DNA of 64,000 nt from the NCBI RefSeq assembly GCF_964188315.1, contig NC_135667.1, forward strand, positions 11,718,001 through 11,782,000, written 5' to 3'. A program made the position numbers and the translations under genes. This document shows, one piece after another, positions 50,378 through 61,900 of the stretch; within the stretch, counting starts at the first letter, position 1, and every line of letters starts with the position of its first letter. The notes under the pieces were generated by a model. It worked only from the letters and a program-made list of their open reading frames with translations, was not told where the DNA came from and made no database searches. This stretch comes from Podarcis muralis. Taxonomy: Eukaryota.

Positions 50378-50727
50378 TTCCTTGTCATGTGCATGAAATT
50401 TGGCTTAGTGCTAAATGGGTCCACCCCTGAATTAGAGAACTATATAGGATAAATATGTTTGGATGGGTGAAAATATGGGCAGACACAGCACCTATGCTAT
50501 AGCCAGGTAGAGAGCTATTCAATCATAGGACATTAATATTTCCACATATCCAATTGCCAGTCGAACCACAGCCCAATTGCAATTGATTGAGCACATCATT
50601 TTCTCATGTTTTCATATTTCTTTAAAAAGTTTACTTTCATTATTTTCCCCAAATTAAAGTAGTACTTAGTGATTCATACAAATATTTTTAAAAAAAAACA
50701 CTAAAAGGGAAAAAAGTGTTTGCTTAC

Positions 50728-50939
50728 ACTGGGTACTTGATAAGGGCATGAGAAGGGTGTTGGTTGAAGAAAATGTTGGAGAGCACTGGGTTTGAGATGT
50801 GAGACAGGATCCCACCAATTAGGAGATCAGCCGAATGGTGCCACTCATGTGGAACATCTTCAGGATTATTTCTGGTGCACTTAATGGTGTGCACATAGCA
50901 CACCATGTTTGGAAGTAGCAGTATCAGAAGCACCAACAT
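50728..50939 (-). CDS. Vmn2r: V2R E exon 1
   Basis: MLVLLILLLPN...DLLIGG...YP GT|gtaag; 212 bp. Confidence 0.88.
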
Positions 50940-51311
50940 CCTGATGACAAACTTCTCTCCACACAAGGAGACTCCTGGTTGAAAGATAGCTTGGGTGGCA
51001 GCAGAATCTGGGAATGTACTTCTCAAATGGACACGTTTCCAACTTATCATTAAACTCAACTGTTTAAAAGTGTATATTGAATTCTAATTGAAAACAGAAT
51101 CTTGAATTTTCCTCTACACAGAGAGAGGGCAGAATGACAAAAATGACAGAGACCTACCTCTCCCCCCCCCCCCAACTTAGCTGTTAATGGAACAAGGGTT
51201 TTACTTATAACCATTTCAGATTTGCTTTTAGTATTTTGTTTTCTTATTCTATTTTGGAAATCTACTGGAGCTTTGAGCAGCTGAATTGATTATAGTGATT
51301 TTGATAATTAT

Positions 51312-51392
51312 GTTGTTGTTTAGTCGTTTAGTCGTGTCCGACTCTTCGTGTCCCCATGGACCAGAGCATGCCAGGCACTTCTGTCTTCCACT
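51312..51392 (-). mobile_element. BovB 3' terminal fragment
   Basis: gttgttgtttagtcgtttagtcgtgtccgactc. Confidence 0.7.
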
Positions 51393-51781
51393 ATAATTGA
51401 TTATAGAGGGGGAAATAACTTTTGTTATGTTTTTGGATGCCATTATAAATCAGTAGCAAAACTGCTGAAGCAAACATATTTGGCAGATCATAGAATCAAC
51501 CATTTGGTAGCTACCTAAAAGGTCATCAACTCCATCTCCCCTGAAGATATGCAAAATGCACTGCTACAAAATGCATTGCTACAAAAGCTGGGTATCCATC
51601 TTCTGCTTAAAAAACTTGTAATGAAGGGGTGTCTACTACCACCAAAGGCCATCTGTCCATTATTAGACCACTCAAATTTTCAGGAAGAACTGCTTTCTGA
51701 TGTAGTAGGACTTTCTAATTTGATCCATTCTACTGCTGCACAATGGCAGAAGTAAGAGCAGGGAAATTTAGGATGACCAAC

Positions 51782-52565
51782 TGTCAGGGGTTCAGGGAGA
51801 GAGGCACAGATGAGGGAGGAGACTGACAGCGAGGGGGAAGAATCCCGGAACGAGGAGGAGGAGGATGACAATGACTTGAGGGTTTCCATGAGTCTTTCAA
51901 GTGAATCAGAGGATTCCCAAAAGGGGGCGCCCCTGGTCAGGCCAAGGGGAGCCACAGGGGGGACTTGTCAAGAGCAGGGGAGCAGCAGGGAAACCCCGAG
52001 TGGGAGTTGGAGATCGGGGCCGGCTTCCCCGCCGGAACGGAGTGAAGAGGGTGGAGTTCCCAGTGTGACAGACGAAGCAGAGCAGGAAGCAGAGAGGGGA
52101 AGGAGATCGGGGCAAGACGTCCTGCCGGAGGGGGCGGAGAGTAGTACAGAGAGTAGTGTAGCTGTCAAGAGGAAGGTCAGAGGTAGCGAACGCGCGCCAA
52201 GTTCAAATGTGGAGGCGCGCGGAAATGCGGAGAGCCCGGAGGAGGAGCCTGGTCCCAAAGCACGGAGGAGGGGGGAGCAGGGGTCTGGGGACTCAGCGTC
52301 AGGGGAAAGCAGGAGGGAAGGAACCCAGGGGGGCAGAAAGACCCTGCGGAAAAGGAAGGACAGGAAGAGGTGGACCAGCAGAAGCCTCTTAAACTGGTGT
52401 GGAGGCGGGACTGATTCAGAGGGGACTTCAGCGGTCTAAGCGTAACAGACGTGGGGCTGCGCGCCTCGGCTGTGGAACAAACAATGTACTTCAATAAAGA
52501 CTTTTGTAAGTAAAGTGGACTTGGTGTTGGTCTCTTGTGAGCTGGGACCTGAGGCGGCCCTGAAA
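51782..52565 (+). mobile_element. Solo LTR, 784 bp
   Basis: Termini TGTCAGGG...CCCTGAAA, exact 5-bp TSD CCAAC (51777-51781 and 52566-52570), AATAAA near 52494, GC- and CpG-rich. Confidence 0.85.
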
Positions 52566-53289
52566 CCAACAATGACTCCAATTTAATAATAAATGAGGAA
52601 ATGGGAAAATGCTTTGGATAGAAATGTCAACAGTACAATTCATTTTCCCTCCTCTTATGATCAATATCAGCAACAGGACATTTTAGTGACGAACATACTC
52701 TAACATCTTTCCACACTATAAGTTGTTGTTTCTAATTAAAATGAATAATTTTCTTATATACCTTAGAAAGATAATAGCATTTTTCTTCTAATCCCATTTT
52801 CAGTGCTAGAGGCTTCTATGTACTTCAGCCCACACGACACCTCATGTTCTGTATTTCTTACTGTATTTGGGGAACAGTGAGAGGATCTCAGCACCATGCC
52901 AGGATCTAGAGAGCATGGGGAATTTCTTTATTTCTTTATAAAATTAAGTGTATATTAAGTGTATATCTCAATTTCAGAATAAATGTCAAAGTGGTTTACA
53001 GGTATTTATTATGATATAATAAAAAGCACACAAAAAATGAAAAAAGATTACCAGCCGACTATTTCAGAACAAACTCCCCCAAAGGGCCATACAATGCAAT
53101 GCACACATCTCAAGAAACTAATGCAGTAAAGAAATGGTTTATGATTGTTCTAGAATTTTGAGACTCATGAGCTATCACCCTTCTCAGCTTGGAAGGTGAT
53201 AACCCCACAAGATATTGTAATGTATTGACTGGCACATGGTGGCGGGGGGGGGGGGAGGTTTCTTCATATAGATGTTAAATAGCATGTGT

Positions 53290-54480
53290 AGACCACTGTA
53301 GAAGACCATGGGAGAAATGTCCTGATTCTGGGCAGTAGCGTCTTGATGCTAATCTCTGAAAATGGCCCAATATATAGGAGCAGAGCCTTTGCAATATGTT
53401 GTTCTCAGTCCCAATTTCATAGTGCTGACTGAGAGGAATAACATGGCCAATTGTATCAAAAGTCCTTGAGGCATCAAGGAGTGGGAGCATGTTACACACA
53501 AAACCATTGTCATCAGGACCCACCCAGCCACTCCCTGCAGCAAGATTTAATAAGACTAGATGAGCAAGAATCAAGAGGGCAGTTAGCTAGGGATGAGCCA
53601 ATCCATCAACGCTGGGGGGTTTTCAGGGTCTTATTTTCCTAAACTTATGTCCTATTTCTCCATCTGTGGGTGGTGTTTTTTGTTGGTGGTGCAAAAACTC
53701 AGTCACATTTTAGGGCTCATTTTGCCTAAATGCACCATTTTAAATGGTTCTCTGTATTGTATTGTTTGGTCACATGTCCAAGCTGAACTGGTTTAGGATC
53801 TAGTCTAAGTCTCAGACTTCTGGAGAGGAAAGATGACCATCTAGTCACTGATTGCTGACACTCCTTTTCTAGGTTTCTCCAATTATAACAACCAAAACAA
53901 CTTTAGACAGCTTGGTTGGGGAGGCTCCTGAACAACAGAATGTACCATATCTTGTCTGTTTGGCCCAAAACCAGATGTAGGCCCTAAAGTTCTGTTCAAA
54001 GAAAGCAGATTCCAAGGGATGGGAAGTGAACTTCCATGGATCATAGCAAAAAGCCTTCAATACTGGGCTGAAGTTGCACAGAATACACAGGAGAACAGAG
54101 CTGAGTCATATCTGGCTTGACCAGCTTCTCCAGCGAAATTTCAATGATACATAACAGGTTGGTCCATTCATACATAATCAAATCATGGGTCAGCATGGTT
54201 TTATCATGGACCAACAGGAGAACCAATGGACAGTGGTAGAGAGTCCGTTAATACAGGGTATAAGTGCAAGCTTAACAGAGTGCAAGTACCTACCTGTCTG
54301 CTATGCCTACCTCTCTCCTCAGTTACTAAGACAGGTCATCCAACAACCACCTTCTCCAATATCCTTCTTCCAAAACACACCCTGCCAGAAGAGTTCAACA
54401 CATCATCTATCATCCTGCCAGGCCACAAAGGCATCCATCCTCAATGGTCAGATCACATATAGCCCACAATAAATATGCCC
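53290..54480 (-). mobile_element. Old L2-type RT fragment
   Basis: MLPLLDASRTFDTIGHVI...LQRLCSYI resembles L2 LxLLDLSAAFDTIDH...LxWFxSYL; boundaries approximate. Confidence 0.65.
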
Positions 54481-55664
54481 ACCCTCCAGCTGAGGAAGAC
54501 ATATATTCTACTGGCATTCCATTCCACCTGTTGCCTGAGGCATAAATAATCAGTTTTCTACACATTTCTCACATCCAGGGGTTAGAAAATGCTGTGGGAC
54601 ACCTCAGTCTTTCTCACATGCTTAACTTTGCAGGAGTGATGTATGAACATGACTCAATGTGTTCCAACATCCATTCAGATTTTCTTCTGTTACTTTCTGT
54701 TACACTGCAATTGGTTTGTTTTGGCTTCTGTTTTGTTACATATATATATTAACTTAGCACACAATAGAAACATGTAACTCAACCACCAACAGATATTTAC
54801 AAATATGTTATCTTCCCTGTATGCTTCCTTTCAGAGTTCATGCATTTCTAGATGGGTCGCCTTTTGTGACAAAAACAACACAGAATCAGGGCGTCCCTGG
54901 GCATAAGTGTGCCCACCAGTACCCCATTGGTGACCCATGGCTTAGAAGGCAAAGAATCCTCCAGCAAATTCTAGTCATAAAGAGGACATTTTTTTTGAAT
55001 GCAATTCTCTTATAAGTTCAGGATTCAACTTTTAAAAACAAATGAGTTTCTAGCTCAGATAGGGTTGGATTCTGCTCATTACTAAGAATTTATTGAGAAA
55101 ATTCTCCAGGTTTTGGTGGCTATGGGTTTCCCACAGTGGCAGGTCTCTTGGACCAGATGAACTCTGAGTTCCCTTCCAACTCTAAGATATATAAAAAAAT
55201 GTTTGCTTCAGCAGTGTTGAAGCAAACATATTTTCAGCAGGATAAAACACTGCACAATTTATTACCTTCCTTGTATTATCAAAATCATTATAATTAGTTC
55301 AAGTGATCAAAGCCCCAGTGGCTTCACAGAAGGTAGTAGGAAGAAAAAAAATAACTTGAAAGTCTGAATTGATTATAAACACCCCAGTGTTCCATAAACA
55401 GCTAAGATTAAGAACTAGGGAGAGGCAGAACTCTATGATTTGATCTGTTTCCCTCTTTTGTTGTAGTGCTGAAGTTTCAAATTGTTGTATCTTTATTGTC
55501 ATTCAGTGTATGCTTTTGTGATATTGTTGCGGTTAAGGATAAGGGGTGGGGTAGATGTCCCTTTGAGTAGAGTGTTGGCAGAGCCAGCTGCCACTCAAAC
55601 CATCTTGCACAGATCAGGTCAATAGCAGTAATAATATGGTAAACTGAGAGACGTGGGAGATTTC

Positions 55665-55897
55665 ATGTGTGGATGGAAGCTTGCCATCAGGATGGTGATT
55701 TTTCTTCTTTTGCTTCCAAACATGGTGTGCAAAGTGCATAGTATTAGCTGCAACAGAAAGAAACCTTTGCATGTTCCAAATGAGTGGTATAAGCCAGGTG
55801 ATCTCCTCATTGGTGGGATGACATCTTTTATCCATTACATTTTCCCTGAAATGTCATTTGAAGAGCAACCATCCCCAGTACTGATTGAAGACCCTTT
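55665..55897 (+). CDS. Vmn2r: V2R F exon 1
   Basis: [19 protein letters not shown]...PGDLLIGG; 233 bp. Confidence 0.9.
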
Positions 55898-55926
55898 GTA
55901 AGAAATTGTTTCCTTCTATAAAACTA

Positions 55927-55968
<42 letters not shown>

Positions 55969-58900
55969 TGTTTTATGTTTCTATAGTTGACTGCCTCTAT
56001 GAATTCATGTTTCCTTGATTTCTTTGAAAAAGACGACACACAGCTCCCATTATCTGCCTGCTCTCTGTGTAAATTCACTGATTCGAATGTAAAGAATTAT
56101 GTCCAAACTTCTCTATACACTCTGCAGATTCAAATATCTGAACAGCCAGCATTTGCCCCCTTCCTTCCTTCCTTCCTTCCTTCCTTCCTTCCTTCCTTCT
56201 TTCCCTCCTTCCTTCCTCTTTGCTGGCTGACGGCAGCCTTTTTCAGGTAGAAAACCATGCAAGAAGGGAGGGAGCAAGATCAGATGAATGACAGAGCGGG
56301 AGAGTGCATAGCATTAGCTGCACCAGAAAGAAGCCTGTATGTGTTGCACATGAGTGGTAGGAGCCAGGTGATCTCATTGGTGGGATGACATATTTTATCT
56401 GTTACATTTTACCTGAAGTTTTATTCATGAAGCAACCTTGCCGAGAACTGATTATCTCACCTTTAGAGGAACCTTTAGAGGAACGGTTTCCCTCTATGAA
56501 AGTGTGCTGTGCATGTGTGTTGGGGTGTGAGTGTTTCAATGATTCTTTACATTTATATTATTGGCAACATGTTTCTTTGATTTTAAAGACTATGCTCATA
56601 TTGCCATTTGAACCTTTGGGAACATCAACCTATTGTAATTCAATTTGAGCAGAAATTCAAGATCTGAAGCATTCTATCATATTATCTTTATCTGCAGGAA
56701 AGATATACTTTGCATTGGAAAAGACAGCCCTTAAGTCCCTTGATTTATTTCATAATTATATTCACTTTTAAAAATAACCAAATGCCAACAGCTACTGGAA
56801 AAAGAATCTGCTATGGGACCAAAAGAAAATCTCATAAAAGCATTCTAGAAGGGAATGGGTTTTCACTTATTCCTTTCTAGAAAGAGAATCTAAGAACCAA
56901 AGCAGCAAAACAGAAAGAAGAAAATTTGTTCTTCTTTTTCATGCTTTCTTTACTAAATGGTCTTCTGGAAAGAAGCCCCCAAGATATGTGAAGAAAAATG
57001 CAGTTTCTTCTCAAACTGCTGCTCAATAGCAGATTCCCACTTGCACATTGGAATTTTCCACTTCTCTCATTTGCAACCTCCCCTCAAAACATGCTCCCAG
57101 AAGGCTAGAGGACTTCCCCTGACCCCAGGGAAGATTTCAAAGGCACACAGAAAGAGGAAAGGAAGGAGAAGTTTCATTGCATAAATGGACCTCCACACGA
57201 ATATTGTTGGATAAATCTACATTGATTTTATTTTGCACTATATGTCCAACATTGCTGAAAAAGGGATATACTAGAGTATAGAAAAGAATTCATTAAAGCG
57301 GGGTTTGTTTTGGGGACCATCTGTGTTACAAAACAGCTTAATAAAGGGATCAGCACTGTCTGTCTATAGGGAACAGCTTGGCACTTGCAGGTAGTGCTGA
57401 CAAAGACCCCACTCTGAAACATTACCAGTTACCAGTGTAGAAAATGCTGAGCTAGATAGGCTGGGCTCAAAACTGGCTTTGAAACTTTAAAAAGGAAGCT
57501 GGCAAAGCTGAACAGATAGGTATGAAGATGATGAAGTTTTAGGATGTTTTGGAAAGTGGCAATGATTCCAAACACAGAATCACACATCTGTGGCGCTGTT
57601 GATGTTCATGGCATAGTTCTTGCCAACCAGACTTACTGAATGATTATGCTGGTTGTGCCCCTTCTTTATAGTTCGACAGCTGCATATCTGAAATCTAGAA
57701 GAAAATGGTATTAAAATAACTATGTACACTGTTTAATTATCCAGTTAATTTATTTGCAGCATGGTGACAAAGCTCTACCAGCATATCCTAGCCTTGGTGT
57801 TCGCTGTTGAAGAGATCAATGAGAATCCCAATATCTTGCCCAATGTCACACTCGGGTTCCACATCTATGACAGCTATTGTGACTCAAAGATGACCTACTG
57901 CAACACTCAGGATCTGATCTTTAACTCTCATAACTTTGTACCCAACTACAAATGTGGCATCCAGGAAAATGTAATTGGAGTCATCGGAGGACTAAGCTAT
58001 GAGACCTCCTCAAACATGGCAGACATCTTAGGTCTTTACAAGATTCCACAGGTAGGATTTGAGTATCCAAACAATGGAAATCTCTCCCTTTCGTGTAGTA
58101 ATTTGAATATTCATGTGCAATAATTTGACTGTTTGGTCGCTTTTCCTTCAGAATTTTGGTGGGGCCTCCTTCTTGAGAAAAGAATGCCTTTTCAAACCAA
58201 AACCTCAGGTTATGTCAGATGCAATCCCTATTGTATTTCTTTGGTGTTTCATTAGGTGGTAGTAATATACTTATGAATTCCACTGCATACTTTTGGTGTT
58301 ACTGTCAGGCTACTGTATGAGTTACTAACTTCCTCACACCCAGATCTTTTTCATGAGTGGCCTTAGGTTTTCAGAGGGGCAAGAGTGCCTCGATTGTTGA
58401 TTGTCTAAAGTCATCAGCACCACTAGGATATTAATTCTTTCCATGAGTGGCTTAGCGAAAACTACTTTGTAGACAAATTAGGAGGTCAGCCAGACCAAAT
58501 TAGAACACAGGTCAGAGGTTCCCATCACTAACCTTGAGATATTAGAGAGTATGTGACAAGGTTTTAAACAATATGAGGAATGCCTCTTTCCATGCTGAAA
58601 TGCCCTCTTCCTTTTTTCTTCTTCCTTTTTAGATTTCATATGGTTCATTTCAACCAGAATTGAATGATCAGTTGAGGTTCCCTTCTTTTTATCGCATGGT
58701 CCCCAATGAAGCCCTTCAGTATCAAGGGATTGTTGAGTTACTTGTGTATTTCAGATGGAAATGGGTAGGTCTGATGGCTATAGATGATGAAGCCGGAGGA
58801 CATTTTTTGCAGACCATAGAGCCGATGCTTCTGCAGAATAAAATCTGTTTAGCATTCATACGTCGAATTGGTACCAATTTGCATACCTATTTTATTGAAC

Positions 58901-61900
58901 GTAAAGTAGTCTCGGAAACACAGGGGCTTTTCCCAGCTTTTGCGGTAAGCAAAGCTGATACAGTTATTATATATGGAGAAACCTCTTCTATTTCATGGTT
59001 ACCATATGCAATAGAAGGAACTAGAATACTTCAAGTAATGCATCCTGAATATCAGGAGAAGGTATCTGCAGCAAAAGTGTGGATTACAACAGCCCAAATT
59101 GAATTCACATTCTCTAAGCTTCACAATTTGTTTTATGCTGAAATGCAAGAGCTTCATGGTGCTCTGTCCTTTGCAATTCACTCAAATGATCTGCCCGGCT
59201 TCCAAGAATTTCTTCAGAATGTACGTCCTTCCTGGGCAAATGAAGATGGTTTTATCCATACTTTCTGGGAGCAAGCATTCAAGTGTAGATTTCCAAACGC
59301 TATGGAGCAAATAGACGACACATACACATGTACAGGAGAGGAGATGCTGGAGAGCCTTCCTGCCCCTTATTTTGCAATGAGTATTACTGGCCACAGCTAC
59401 AGTATCTACACCGCTGCATATGCTCTGGCACATGCCTTACATATCAAGTACTCATCCAGAGCCAACTACAGAACAACTGAGACCAGTGGCCGACCATCTC
59501 CTCAGACTGTTGAAGCTTGGAAGGTAAAGTTACCTGTGGCAGACTGTTCAGTTTGCATGCAATACTGAATTCTCACCTATTACTATTGATGCCTTTGTAT
59601 ATGGCATATTGACATTAAAATGAGCAAATTTTGGAATTTGTCACCTCAAGAGGTGCACTTAATGAATACAAGTATGCATATAATGTAGATTTATTTGTTC
59701 AAAGAATGTCTAGAATGTATTTGAAGAAAATATACCGTATTTTTCGCCCTATAGGATGCACTTTTCCCCCTCCAAAAATGAAGGGGAAATCTGGGTGCGT
59801 CCTATGGGGTGAATGCAGGCTTTCGCTGAAGCTTGGAGAGCGAGAGGGGTCGGTGCGCACCGACCCCTCTCGCTCTCCAGGCTTCAGGAAGACATCCACA
59901 GCCTAGGCAGCCCTGCAGGAGTTCCCGCAGGGCTGTCTAGGCTGCGGATAGTAGCCTGCTTCCCAGAGCGCTGGGTGCGCTGAAAGCAGAGCTCCGGCGC
60001 TTCGGGGACACCTCCACAGCCTAGGCAGCCCTGCGGGAGTTCCCCGCAGGGCTCTCCACGCTGTGGATAGCAGCCTGCCGCCTGGTGGGCGGGGCGCCCT
60101 GAAGCAGAGCGCCCCACCCGCCGGACAGACATCCGCAGCGTGGGGAGCCCTGCAGGAGTTCCCCACAGGGCTCCCCATGCTGCGGATAGCAGCCTGCCGC
60201 CCGGCGGGCAGGGTGCCCTGAAGCAGAGCGCCCCTCGCACCGGGCAGACATCGGCCAGCCCCACAAGCTCGGGGGACAGCAGGAAGGCGCAGCGCCGCCA
60301 TCCCGCTGTTCCTCGACCTGGTTCGGTTTCCCCGACCTGCTTTGGGGGGGGGGAAATAAAGGGGGCGGAATTTCCTTTATTTTCCCCCAAAAGACTAGGT
60401 GCGTCCTATGGGACGGAGCATCCTATGGGATGAAAAATACGGTACTCTCTGGGGCAGCACATTCAAAAACCTGAATTTCCACTAATTCGGCGATTTACCA
60501 CTCTCTTCCCATATCTGCAACTGAACGTTGAATAAACCTTCATTGTGAATTTCCCCACTCCCAACCAAGAAAGTGAATTCAAATCTATCTAGGAAAGTTA
60601 CCTGAACCACCTTAATGATAATATTACAACACTTCATAGATTTTTTATTAGAACTCTCCCTTTCTCTCTCTAGCTCCACTCATTCCTCCAGAGGATGTCA
60701 TTCAACAACAGTGCTGGAGATGAAATTACATTTAACAAACATGGGGAATTAGTAGGTGGATTTGACATTAGAAACTTGGTGACTTTCCCAAATAGATCCT
60801 ACATCAGGGTCAAAGTGGGGAAGCTGGATCCTCAGGCTCCTCCAGGCAAAGAGTTTTCCATTTATGAGGACAGAATCAAATGGCACTGGAACTTGACTCA
60901 GGTAGGGAAAGAACCACACTGCCTCTCAAGTATCGATATTCATGATCATACAATAAAATGAGACATCTATAGATGTACACTGGCAGAGAAAGGGGGTGCA
61001 GTGGGTGTGGTCCACCCCAGGTGTCATCCCTGAGGGGGGTGACATCACTGCCCTGCCCCGCCCCCCGGGACACTTGCCATGGGTGATGCCCCCCTGGGAT
61101 GCGCCCCTGTGCACGGGTAGCCCTGCCCCCACTCACACGGTCGCTTTGAATGCCGGAGCACCTATGCCGGGTGTCTGTAGATGTAACAAAGAAAAAGGCA
61201 AAATTGATTAATATATTGCATACATTTGAACTGTTGACAAATTGATAAAAGTGTGTTAAAGAAACTGAGGAATGCAGCATTGTCATCTTGCATTGAAAAG
61301 GGGGCCCGATGTTGCACGCATGCAAGGCACGTGTGTGACGTCACATGTGTGGCATGCAACAAGTGCTTGTGACATGGCATGGTTGGGAGCAGGCCATACC
61401 AAGCACCCTGTGCCATACAGTTGGGAAAAGACCAGGTGCTGTGCACCCCACACTGAATCCAGAGCACCCCACTCTGTGCTGTTGCGAGCCTGTTGGCCAA
61501 ATTAGCCAAAGCCATTAGGGTTTCAGCTAGTGACTCAGATACCTTAGAGTCAAGGCTAGCTAGGCTTCTATCCTCTTGATCCCCTTATTGAAGTCTCACA
61601 ACCAGGCTTCTAGGTCAGTCTTCACCACTTGCAGCTGTTGATCTAGCAAACCCATTGAGAGGACTTCATTTCAGCAAACTGCTGCTCCATCTGTTGCTAT
61701 CTTTGATGCTTTATCTGTTCCAGGTGTGTTCCCGTTCCTCCCTCCATTTAGAATCAGGACTCTTTGCTCACAGGCTCTTCTCCAGAAACACAAATCTAGA
61801 TTCTAACACCAGTGTTACATGCCACCCCAAAGTTTGAGCGGTGTGAGATTCCAGGGGTTCCAGGGGTGGTGTTTCCTTTGGAAATGCAGCACAGCAGAGA

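Larger units (their letters stand above)
42650..50939 (-). pseudogene. Vmn2r: V2R gene E, frameshifted in exon 5 (pseudogene or truncated ectodomain-only gene)
   Basis: Exons 50939-50728, 48639-48348, 46826-45936, 45730-45512, 44579-44463 and 43551-42650. Exon 5 is 117 bp versus 127 bp in paralogues. All other exons are open. Confidence 0.85.

Noticed and set aside
59884-60433. Several overlapping 80-170 aa ORFs on both strands
   Set aside because: They come from the GC-rich palindromic MITE interior, which lacks stops by composition; no domain motifs.
61325-61360. CRE palindrome TGACGTCA within an imperfect inverted repeat
   Set aside because: A single 8-mer in a repeat-like intron; no evidence of function.
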